A DNA stretch of 32,000 nucleotides from Acetohalobium arabaticum DSM 5501 (GTDB lineage: Bacteria; Bacillota; Halanaerobiia; Halobacteroidales; Acetohalobiaceae): positions 1,790,043 to 1,822,042 of the forward strand of contig NC_014378.1 of assembly GCF_000144695.1 (NCBI RefSeq), in the 5' to 3' direction. The position numbers and the translations under genes are program-made. Of this stretch, positions 1-8,000 are shown one piece after another. Each line of letters starts with the position of its first letter. Positions within the stretch are counted from its first letter, which is position 1. The notes under the pieces were generated by a model, which did not search any database, was not told the DNA's origin, and saw only the letters and a list, made by a program, of their open reading frames with translations.

Positions 1-18
1 AAACTTTTTATCTAATTA

Positions 19-969
19 TTATACCGCTTCCCACTTAGGACATTTAGAACCCCAGCGGGCTACTAATTCATCATCCTGGTGGATATTAATGATTTCACAG
101 CTGTTAGGACAGCCGTCACAGTTAAAGCTGGAGACTTCGTAATCAAAATCAGAAGCATCGAATCCTTTAAATGAAGTTTCATCCTTATCCTGAACTCTTT
201 CTTGGGCCAGAATCCCTGCTCCTATTGCTCCCATAACATCATGATGCTTGGGAACAATTATTTCCGCATCTAAAGATCTAGCAAAAGCATCTTTAATCCC
301 ATCATTAGCAGCTACTCCGCCCTGAAAGACAATCGGTTCCTTAATCTCTTTACCCTGACCGACATTATTTAAATAATTCCGCACTAACGCTTCACAGAGT
401 CCAGCAATAATATCCTCCGTAGAATGGCCTAACTGCTGTTTATGAATCATATCTGACTCAGCAAAAACAGAACAGCGGCCAGCAATTCTAACAGGATTAT
501 CAGCTTGTAGCGCATACTGTCCAAATTCTTCAATAGGAATATTCAACCGACTGGCCTGCTGATCTAAAAAGGAACCGGTTCCGGCAGCACAGACAGTATT
601 CATACCAAAATCAACTACAACTCCATTCCGCAGAATAGTAATCTTTGAATCCTGACCGCCAATCTCCAATACAGTCTTTACTTCTGGTACTATATTAGAA
701 GCAGCTACTGCATGGGCTGTAATCTCATTTTTAACTATATCAGCCCCAACAATTACTCCAGCCAAATCCCGGGCACTTCCAGTAGTTCCCACAGCTCTAA
801 TTTCTAAATCATCTACCTTTGAACCTAATTCCTCCAAACCCGACTGAACGATATCAATCGGTCGGCCTTGAGTCCGCAAGTATAACTTCTCTTTTACTTC
901 CCTATTCTCATCCAGTAATACTAAATTAGTACTTACTGATCCTACATCTATTCCTAAATATCCTTTCAT
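19..969 (-). CDS. BadF/BadG/BcrA/BcrD-type ATPase, acyl-CoA dehydratase activase-like, with Cys-rich C-terminal tail
   Basis: 316-aa ORF. Has the actin-fold ATPase motifs GIDVGSVSTNLVL, GGQDSK and AAGTGSF typical of HgdC/BcrA-type activators. C-terminal CDGCPNSC...KCPKW cysteine cluster. ATGA overlap (966-969) with the upstream ORF. Confidence 0.8.
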   Translation of the reverse strand: MKGYLGIDVGSVSTNLVLLDENREVKEKLYLRTQGRPIDIVQSGLEELGSKVDDLEIRAVGTTGSARDLAGVIVGADIVKNEITAHAVAASNIVPEVKTVLEIGGQDSKITILRNGVVVDFGMNTVCAAGTGSFLDQQASRLNIPIEEFGQYALQADNPVRIAGRCSVFAESDMIHKQQLGHSTEDIIAGLCEALVRNYLNNVGQGKEIKEPIVFQGGVAANDGIKDAFARSLDAEIIVPKHHDVMGAIGAGILAQERVQDKDETSFKGFDASDFDYEVSSFNCDGCPNSCEIINIHQDDELVARWGSKCPKWEAV

Positions 970-2066
970 ATTACCTGACCTCCTGTTGTTATCTGCTGCT
1001 TTCTTTCCAATAAATCAACAAAGGCTTCCAATCTAGTAATATATCCTGCTTCACCAGTATGTTCATCTAAAGTCAAAGACAGCACCGGCAGATCAAGATC
1101 ACGACTAACTTCCGGTAGAATACTCTCAGCTACTATCTCCGGCATACAGGTAAAAGGAGCCAACTGGACTACTCCATTATATCCCTCTTGATTATATAAC
1201 ACTGTGCGGCCAATTGTCTCCAGACCGTGGCCGCCGACAAAATGTTTTAAATAAGGCTCAGCTGCCTCTTCTATTCTCCGATGCTCCTCACTATCAACTG
1301 AACTGCTGAATAAATGTTCACTAATCCAGTCACTGAGATAAATAGAACGGTCAACTATAACTCCCATCTCTCCTAGTTTCTTTTCTAAATTCAGATTTGT
1401 AAACGGCTCTAATACAACATAGATCTCACCTACTATTCCTACTTTAAGCGGCTCTTTCTGCCAGTCAATCTCTAGATCTAAAATCTGATTCTTCATTTCA
1501 ATTACAGCTGATTGAAGCCTTTCTCTATCATGAAGATCCTCTATCTCCATTAGAAAGTCTTCGTAAACTTCAGTTACTAATTCAGGGTTAACTGCATATC
1601 CTCTCAGCTTATTTGTATATTCTGCTGCTTCATCAATTAACTGACATTTAGTCCAGGCTAACTTCCAGGCACTCCAAAGTTTCCACCAGGAAAGATGTTT
1701 AAAGATAAACTTAAACTGCTGTAAGAAGTTCTGCCAGGAGCCCTGAAATGGTTCAAAAATCACCATCTCAAAATCATAATCGAGATCCTTTAATATCTCG
1801 CGCTGTACTTCACCATAATAGCCAAAGCGGCAGGGACCACATCCCCCAGCCATAATAATTGTATCTGCTCCTTTTTCTAAGGCTTCAATATAATTACCAA
1901 TATTTATTTTTAGCGGTAAACAAGCAAATTCCGGAGCATGCTTAACACCTAAATCCAATGTTCGGTCTGTAATCGGAGGCGGTTCTACTACCTCTAAATC
2001 CAATTCTCTTAACAATGTTTTAACTGATAGATTCATCTGTCCCATATGGGGAAAAGTTACCTTCAT
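966..2066 (-). CDS. activase-associated / 2-hydroxyacyl-CoA dehydratase-related subunit (DUF2229-like)
   Basis: 366-aa ORF with ATGA overlaps on both sides. Cys motifs GGCGPCRFGYY and FTCMPE. C-terminal LDEHTGEAGYITRLEAFVD motif shared with the next ORF. Confidence 0.65.
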   Translation of the reverse strand: MKVTFPHMGQMNLSVKTLLRELDLEVVEPPPITDRTLDLGVKHAPEFACLPLKINIGNYIEALEKGADTIIMAGGCGPCRFGYYGEVQREILKDLDYDFEMVIFEPFQGSWQNFLQQFKFIFKHLSWWKLWSAWKLAWTKCQLIDEAAEYTNKLRGYAVNPELVTEVYEDFLMEIEDLHDRERLQSAVIEMKNQILDLEIDWQKEPLKVGIVGEIYVVLEPFTNLNLEKKLGEMGVIVDRSIYLSDWISEHLFSSSVDSEEHRRIEEAAEPYLKHFVGGHGLETIGRTVLYNQEGYNGVVQLAPFTCMPEIVAESILPEVSRDLDLPVLSLTLDEHTGEAGYITRLEAFVDLLERKQQITTGGQVI

Positions 2067-2986
2067 GCTCCTTTAACCTCCCATCTAATCATATCTACAA
2101 ATGCTTCCAGCCTAGTCTCTAATCCTGCTTCGCCGGTATGTTCATCGAGATTAAGCGACATAAAGTGAATATCACTACGGCGTTTGGCCTTCCTCTCTAT
2201 TAATTCACCGATTAAAGCATCGGGGCCGCAGCCAAAAGCAGCCAGTTGAATAAAACCATCCACTTCTTGGTGTTCAAAAAGATAATAGGCAGTGCCAATT
2301 ATCTCCCGATTGAAAGTCCAAAATAGAGACTTAGATAATTTATTGGCTCCTTTATCAATCTGTCTTTCAGTTAAATTCTGAGGAGTAATCACCTCGACCC
2401 CTAACTCTTCCAATTTCTCTTTTAATCCTAGACTCAAATATTCATCATTTAACAGATAAGCATGGCCCAGCAGTGCAATTGTTAATCTATTCTGTTTAGG
2501 TTCTTTAATTAAGTTCTCTTGATATCGTCGAAGAGCCTTTCTGGCCTGCCAGTGGGCTTTCATAATCTGAAATCTGTCATCTGTAAATTCAGCCCCCAAT
2601 TTCAAATTTGACTCCAATAAATCAAGCCAGCCTTGATTATGATTTATTGTAGGAGTTAATAACTTAGGTAAATTTGATATATTATTTTTGATCATATCAG
2701 CCAGGCCCATTAATTTAGGACAGACATACTCATCCTTAACTACACTGATAATTCGCGGTAGAAAGATATAATCAGCTTTATTACGGAGATTAACTATATG
2801 CCCATGACAGACTTTGACCGGAAAACAGGCTTCATCAACAGATAATTTAATACCTCTATCGATAATTGATTGATTTGAATCATCAGATTCTACTACTTTT
2901 GCTCCTAACTGCTGAAAGAAGGTCTTCCAGGCTGGATAGTAATGGAAGTATAATAATGATTTGGGAATCCCTACTTTAACTGTCAT
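2063..2986 (-). CDS. activase-associated / 2-hydroxyacyl-CoA dehydratase-related subunit, paralog of 966..2066
   Basis: 307-aa ORF. C-terminal LDEHTGEAGLETRLEAFVD is almost identical to its neighbour. Cys motifs EACFPVK and AAFGCGPDA. Confidence 0.65.
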   Translation of the reverse strand: MTVKVGIPKSLLYFHYYPAWKTFFQQLGAKVVESDDSNQSIIDRGIKLSVDEACFPVKVCHGHIVNLRNKADYIFLPRIISVVKDEYVCPKLMGLADMIKNNISNLPKLLTPTINHNQGWLDLLESNLKLGAEFTDDRFQIMKAHWQARKALRRYQENLIKEPKQNRLTIALLGHAYLLNDEYLSLGLKEKLEELGVEVITPQNLTERQIDKGANKLSKSLFWTFNREIIGTAYYLFEHQEVDGFIQLAAFGCGPDALIGELIERKAKRRSDIHFMSLNLDEHTGEAGLETRLEAFVDMIRWEVKGA

Positions 2987-3017
2987 CTATTTTCTCCTTT
3001 CTTAATAAAATAATACC

Positions 3018-3740
3018 TTAAAAACTGAGCGGTGTAGACATAAAGGTTTCTCCTAATAAAAAACTGACCAAGAATCCAAGCAGAATTCCGAGCACTTCAA
3101 CTTTGCTCCCTACTTTAACAGCTCTAGGAATCATCTCATCAACAATCATATACAGAATTGCTCCTCCAGCAAATGCCATTATTGATCCTAACCAGAACTC
3201 TGATAAACCAACCAAGAATTCAAAACCAATTATAGCTCCCATAGGATTAATTAACGCAATACTGCCGGCAATTAAATAAGCAAACTTTTTATCTATCTGT
3301 CCTACATTCACCATCTCTTCAGTAGTCAAAAATCCTTCCGGAATATTATGCAGAAAGATTGAAATCGCCAATACTATTCCTAACCCACCGCTTTTAGTAG
3401 CAAAACCGACTCCCATACTGATAGCTTCAGGAAGATCATCTAATGCAGTACCTATGGCAATTCCAAAACCTGAATTAAGTCTATACTCTATATAGCTATC
3501 AATTATTAAAAAGAAGATTCCGCCTAATAAAAAACTAACCGAACTGCCTAAGACTCCAGCTTCTCGATAAGCTTCTGGAATCAACGAAAAAGAGATAACT
3601 GAAATTAAGATTCCGGCTCCAAAAGAAAGCATGGCCGATAACAGTCGATCTGATATATCCTTAGTACCTAAATAACCGCCAATTAAAATAGCACTACCAG
3701 CTAAAGAACTATAAATAATTACTTTAACTAAACTACTCAT
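3018..3740 (-). CDS. ZIP family divalent-metal transporter (ZupT/GufA-like)
   Basis: 240-aa polytopic membrane ORF with the ZIP signature FLHNIPEGF and Gly-rich TM helices. Confidence 0.8.
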   Translation of the reverse strand: MSSLVKVIIYSSLAGSAILIGGYLGTKDISDRLLSAMLSFGAGILISVISFSLIPEAYREAGVLGSSVSFLLGGIFFLIIDSYIEYRLNSGFGIAIGTALDDLPEAISMGVGFATKSGGLGIVLAISIFLHNIPEGFLTTEEMVNVGQIDKKFAYLIAGSIALINPMGAIIGFEFLVGLSEFWLGSIMAFAGGAILYMIVDEMIPRAVKVGSKVEVLGILLGFLVSFLLGETFMSTPLSF

Positions 3741-3749
3741 CTATCTCCC

Positions 3750-5228
3750 TCATTCCTGATTATCTTCTGGATATCTATCTGAATCCTTGGGACTATGAAT
3801 ATTAGGTCTTCTATGGGATAAATCAAGGATCGACTGTCTGATAATATGGGACTTTAAAGCATTCCAATCGAAAGGAATTAACGGCCATAAATAGGAGATT
3901 CCAAAGGATTTACTGAAGACAAATAAGGCTACGATAGCTACTGTTCCAATAATGAAGCCATAAAGCTTAAAACTGGTAACCAGAATTAATAATATAAATC
4001 GCAATAACTTAATTGTTAAGGCCAATTCAAAACCTGAAATGGCAAAATTGCCAATCGCTCCTATAGCCATATAGATAATTGTTTCGGGAACAAATAATCC
4101 AACTTTAGCCGCAAAATCCCCCAGTAATAATGCTCCAATAATACCCAACGAGGTCGCTAAAGCACTGGGAACCTGGAATGATGCCATACGGACAAAATCA
4201 ATTCCCAAACTAGCTATAATAAACTGGATTCCAAGAGGTATCTGTCCGGTCTCCTTAGGTCCGATAAAACTCAAGGTTTCTGGTAATAATTCAGGCTGTA
4301 GAGCAACCAACAACCAAATTACCGGTAAAAAGAGTGAAACTCCAGTAGCAAATAAACGCAGTAATTTTAAATAAGTTCCCGGCAGCGGTGGCTGGCGGTA
4401 ATCCTCTAGACTCTGTACCTGATCAAAAAAAGTAGCCGGTAAAATTAAGGCAGTAGGTGAATTATCAACTATAATACAGATCTTTCCTTCTAGTAAATGA
4501 GCCGATACAATATCCGGCCGTTCTGTATAGCGAACTTTAGGCAGTGGATTCAAATTATCACCGGTTAAAAAATCTTCAATTGTCTTATCAGCCATCGGTA
4601 GACCGTCTACTTTAATCTTTTTAATCTTATTCTTTATCTTCTTAACCAAACCAGGATCGACTATATCATCTATATAAAGCATAGCAACATCATTTTTAGA
4701 TCTAGCCCCTACTTGCTGGACTTCAGTAACCAGCTCTGGATCACGCAGTCTTCTTCTTACCATCTGTACATTGAATAACATCGTCTCTACAAAGCCGTCG
4801 CCAGGACCGCGGGTTGATTTTTCCAGTTCCGGTTCATCAGGAGAAGTACCCATCCAGGTACGACCATCAATAACTATAGCCTCTGTTTCGCCATCAATCA
4901 GTAGTACCTGCGGTCCAGACAGAATCTCATCAACCGCATCATCTAAAGTAGTTACAGTACTAACCTCATAGTAAGGCAGATGCTTATCAAGTACCTTTTG
5001 AATCGCATCTACACTTAAGTCTTTACGCTCTACATCCAATAAACGATTCAAAATATATATCAATTGATCTTTAATAAATCCATCTAAATAGATCAAACCA
5101 GCTTTTCTATTACCTACATCAAAAGTACGGGTCAAGACATCAAAACTCAGATCAGCATGTAATTCATCCTGTAAATAATCTAAATTATGATCAAGATTCT
5201 TAGTTAACTCTTTCATAGCTTTTCCCAC
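3750..5228 (-). CDS. spoVAF: stage V sporulation protein AF (GerA-family spore germination protein)
   Basis: 492-aa ORF with a soluble N-domain and a C-terminal multi-TM domain, as in GerA/SpoVAF. Last gene of the spoVA operon. Start is uncertain: GTG at 5228 or ATG at 5216. Confidence 0.8.
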   Translation of the reverse strand: MGKAMKELTKNLDHNLDYLQDELHADLSFDVLTRTFDVGNRKAGLIYLDGFIKDQLIYILNRLLDVERKDLSVDAIQKVLDKHLPYYEVSTVTTLDDAVDEILSGPQVLLIDGETEAIVIDGRTWMGTSPDEPELEKSTRGPGDGFVETMLFNVQMVRRRLRDPELVTEVQQVGARSKNDVAMLYIDDIVDPGLVKKIKNKIKKIKVDGLPMADKTIEDFLTGDNLNPLPKVRYTERPDIVSAHLLEGKICIIVDNSPTALILPATFFDQVQSLEDYRQPPLPGTYLKLLRLFATGVSLFLPVIWLLVALQPELLPETLSFIGPKETGQIPLGIQFIIASLGIDFVRMASFQVPSALATSLGIIGALLLGDFAAKVGLFVPETIIYMAIGAIGNFAISGFELALTIKLLRFILLILVTSFKLYGFIIGTVAIVALFVFSKSFGISYLWPLIPFDWNALKSHIIRQSILDLSHRRPNIHSPKDSDRYPEDNQE

Positions 5229-5787
5229 TCCTACTTAAAATCTCCTCAATTGCTTTAGTAGTTATTGGACAGCCTTTGTTATGATCATCCTGATGATCCA
5301 TCTTGCCGATATCACCAATACCTATTACCAATTGAGGACTGAATTCATTAATTATATCAACAGTATCACCTTCTAAATAAAGATGATCTGCTGATTCTGG
5401 ACTACCGTCCTTAGTAACTGGAGCATCTATAACTTCTGCTTGATTAGTTACAGAAAAATCAGGCTTAATTCCTACTACATCTTTGGTATCTGAAGCTACA
5501 GCTAAAATACCAAGTATCTCTATTTCATCTGCTGCTAAAACTCTTTCCATTGCCTGCTCTCCACTACCTTTATTTTTATCCCCTTCATCATCAAACATGA
5601 CTAAAGCAGTGTCTGACTCGGCTTCTTTGATTAACTTAATTATCTCTTCCCCACTATGATCAGTAGGAGTACCAGCCGATTTAGAAATTGTTCTTACACC
5701 TAATTTCTGACCTGCATTTTCTACTGCTCTACAGGCTGTATTATCTCCATCAGTAATGATAATTGCTTGATCAGCGACGTTATACAT
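5200..5787 (-). CDS. spoVAEA: stage V sporulation protein AEA (soluble Toprim-like part)
   Basis: 195-aa ORF with N-terminal IIITDGD, following spoVAEB as in Bacillus. Confidence 0.75.
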   Translation of the reverse strand: MYNVADQAIIITDGDNTACRAVENAGQKLGVRTISKSAGTPTDHSGEEIIKLIKEAESDTALVMFDDEGDKNKGSGEQAMERVLAADEIEILGILAVASDTKDVVGIKPDFSVTNQAEVIDAPVTKDGSPESADHLYLEGDTVDIINEFSPQLVIGIGDIGKMDHQDDHNKGCPITTKAIEEILSRSGKSYERVN

Positions 5788-5800
5788 CCTCCCTTCTAGA

Positions 5801-6151
5801 TTACTCTTTTGGCCTAAAGATAGCAGCCATTAAGAATCCAATCACTATCGAAGCACTGATTCCAACACTGCCTAATTCTAAAATTCCAGCAAAGAGGCCG
5901 AGAAATCCATTTCTATTAACTTCATTTAATACTCCTTTAGTTACTACATGTCCAAAATTAATAACTAACGCTGTCACTCCGGCTCCAGCGAAATCAATTA
6001 AAGGCTGGAATAGACCTAATCCGGTTAGAATAGCTCCTACTGTCACCATCGTCACTAGTAAATGGGCTGGCGTATAATTAGTATAATCTAGAAATAGCTG
6101 GCCTAGGCCACAGATTAAACCGCCAACTAAAAAGGCAGTCAAATAATTCAT
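5801..6151 (-). CDS. spoVAEB: stage V sporulation protein AEB (membrane part)
   Basis: 116-aa hydrophobic ORF, the same length as B. subtilis SpoVAEB and paralogous in style to SpoVAC. Its ATG directly abuts the spoVAD stop. Confidence 0.85.
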   Translation of the reverse strand: MNYLTAFLVGGLICGLGQLFLDYTNYTPAHLLVTMVTVGAILTGLGLFQPLIDFAGAGVTALVINFGHVVTKGVLNEVNRNGFLGLFAGILELGSVGISASIVIGFLMAAIFRPKE

Positions 6152-7213
6152 CTATTTGCCCTCACTTTTTACTTTAGATTCTATACTTCCAACTGCATTA
6201 CTTTTTGAATTATTCTCAATCACCACTCCATGAGCAATACAGGGAATAGAATCGCCCTGTAGAGAAGTTACAGAACTTAACAATGATCCTGTAGCTACTA
6301 CAAAGATTCGATTAAAGTTGCCGTTGTTAATGTATGGTAAAAGATAGGATGCAGTTACCACTGCCGAACAAGCACAACCGCTGCCGCCGGCACCGACTCC
6401 CTGGTCCGAATTATAGAGCATCAAGCCGCAGTCATCATGGCTATCTGCTATATCTACTCCTTTTTCTTTCAGTAATTCTGCCAATATTTCACTTCCCACT
6501 TCACCCAGATCACCGGTTACAATTAAATCATAATCATTTGGAGTACGTCCAGTATCCTCTAGATGCTGCAAAATAGTATCAGCAGCTGCTGGAGCCATAG
6601 CTGAACCCATATCCTGAGGATCCTTAATGCCTAAATCTACTACCTGACCAGGTGTTGCTTCTGTAATTACTGGGCCTGATCCATCTCTAGATGTTATCAT
6701 AGCTCCTGCTCCAGTAGCCGTCCACTGCTTATAAGGCGGATACTTATCACCATACTCATTGGGAGTTCTATACTGGCGTTCAGCACTCTGATAATGGCTC
6801 GAGGTAAAGTTTATAACTCGATTACCAAATCCACCATCGATTAAAACAGCTCCTAGAATCAATCCTTCAGCTAATGTAGAACAGGCCCCATAAATGCCAA
6901 AGTACGGCACTGGAAATTTAACAGCAGAAAAATTAGAAGTTACTACCTGGTTTAATAAATCGCCGCCGACTAAGTAATCTATTTTATCAGGGCTTAGTTT
7001 AGCTTTTGTAAGCAGAAGATCAATATTCTCCTTAGTCATCTTCCGTTCTGCCTTCTCCCAAGTATCCTGTTGATAATAGGAGTCGTCTAATACTTTATCA
7101 AAATATTCTCCTAACGGCCCATCTCCTTCTTTAGGACCTACAATAGCAGAAGAAGAGATAATTTTAGGCTGTGATTCAAAACTAATTGTCTGTTGGCCGA
7201 TTGATTTATTCAT
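6152..7213 (-). CDS. spoVAD: stage V sporulation protein AD (thiolase-fold)
   Basis: Thiolase-like sequence (GIYGACST, GAGGSGCACS). I moved the start from 7243 to the ATG at 7211-7213, which sits 7 nt after GGAGG (MNKSIGQ...). Stop codon is TAG. Confidence 0.85.
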   Translation of the reverse strand: MNKSIGQQTISFESQPKIISSSAIVGPKEGDGPLGEYFDKVLDDSYYQQDTWEKAERKMTKENIDLLLTKAKLSPDKIDYLVGGDLLNQVVTSNFSAVKFPVPYFGIYGACSTLAEGLILGAVLIDGGFGNRVINFTSSHYQSAERQYRTPNEYGDKYPPYKQWTATGAGAMITSRDGSGPVITEATPGQVVDLGIKDPQDMGSAMAPAAADTILQHLEDTGRTPNDYDLIVTGDLGEVGSEILAELLKEKGVDIADSHDDCGLMLYNSDQGVGAGGSGCACSAVVTASYLLPYINNGNFNRIFVVATGSLLSSVTSLQGDSIPCIAHGVVIENNSKSNAVGSIESKVKSEGK

Positions 7214-7235
7214 TCTATTTCCTCCAATAGGATAA

Positions 7236-7682
7236 TTAAGCAAAAATTAATTTAATAATTCCGATTGTAAAACCGGACAGCATAGCATAAGTCAATACCG
7301 GGCCAGCAATATTATACATCTTAGCCCCCAACCCCAGGACATATCCATCCTGTTTATATTCCATAGCCGGTGCCACTATAGCATTAGCAAAACCAGTAAT
7401 CGGTACAATTGTTCCTGCTCCAGCATATTGAGCAATCCTATCATAAACACCAAGCCCGGTTAATAATCCTCCAATAAAGATCATACTTACACTCATTAGT
7501 GGTCCTGCTTCATTCAATGGTAGCCCTTGAGCAGTTAAAGACATAGTAATCAACTCACCAATAACAGCGATTAGTCCTCCGATTAGATAAGCCAAAAGAA
7601 AGTTTTTAAACTTTGACTGAGAAGGATGAACCTTTTTAACTAATTTCTTATATTCCTTTGAATTCTTGTTGATATCAGCCAC
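7236..7682 (-). CDS. spoVAC: stage V sporulation protein AC
   Basis: 148-aa four-TM ORF (B. subtilis SpoVAC is about 150 aa). GTG start preceded by GAGGTGAG. Confidence 0.85.
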   Translation of the reverse strand: MADINKNSKEYKKLVKKVHPSQSKFKNFLLAYLIGGLIAVIGELITMSLTAQGLPLNEAGPLMSVSMIFIGGLLTGLGVYDRIAQYAGAGTIVPITGFANAIVAPAMEYKQDGYVLGLGAKMYNIAGPVLTYAMLSGFTIGIIKLIFA

Positions 7683-7688
7683 AGCTTC

Positions 7689-7892
7689 TCACCTCATACT
7701 TAATTTTAACCTAAACCGATCATTACTATTCAAATTAGCTTCTTCAAGCTTATACTCATTAAAAACTTTTTTAGCTCCCGGTGATAGTTCTGGATCAAAA
7801 AGACTGCTGTTTACTAACATCCAAGACAGAACTGCTAAAGTAAGCAGAATTATAATAGTTAAAATGATAAATAAATTCTTTTCTCTTAACAT
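7689..7892 (-). CDS. small single-TM protein, first gene of the spoVA operon
   Basis: 67-aa ORF with an N-terminal TM (FIILTIIILLTLAVLSWML). Strong SD AAGGAGAG 7 nt before the ATG. Stop lies 6 nt before the spoVAC start. Confidence 0.6.
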   Translation of the reverse strand: MLREKNLFIILTIIILLTLAVLSWMLVNSSLFDPELSPGAKKVFNEYKLEEANLNSNDRFRLKLSMR

Positions 7893-7931
7893 TAAACCAC
7901 TCTCCTTGGCTGTTTAATTCACCTCTAAAAA

Positions 7932-7962
7932 TATTATGTTCGGTATAATAAATTTTAATTCA
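7932..7962 (-). promoter_or_regulatory. forespore sigma-G/F-type promoter candidate for the spoVA operon
   Basis: Minus strand reads TGAATT - 18 nt - CATAATA, close to the sigma-G consensus (GAATA ... CATAnTA). It sits 40 nt upstream of the ATG at 7892. Confidence 0.4.
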
Positions 7963-7970
7963 ATAACAAA

Positions 7971-8000
7971 ATAAAAAAGCTACAGGAAAATCCTGTAGCT
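7971..8000 (-). terminator. intrinsic terminator ending the sigF-side transcript
   Basis: 9-bp stem 7978-7986 / 7992-8000 (agctacagg/cctgtagct) with a 5-nt loop, followed on the minus strand by TTTTTT. Confidence 0.8.

Noticed and set aside
7923-7929. CTCTAAA as a possible tRNA-Pyl anticodon loop
   Set aside because: There is no flanking anticodon stem or cloverleaf, and the site lies in the AT-rich spoVA promoter/leader.
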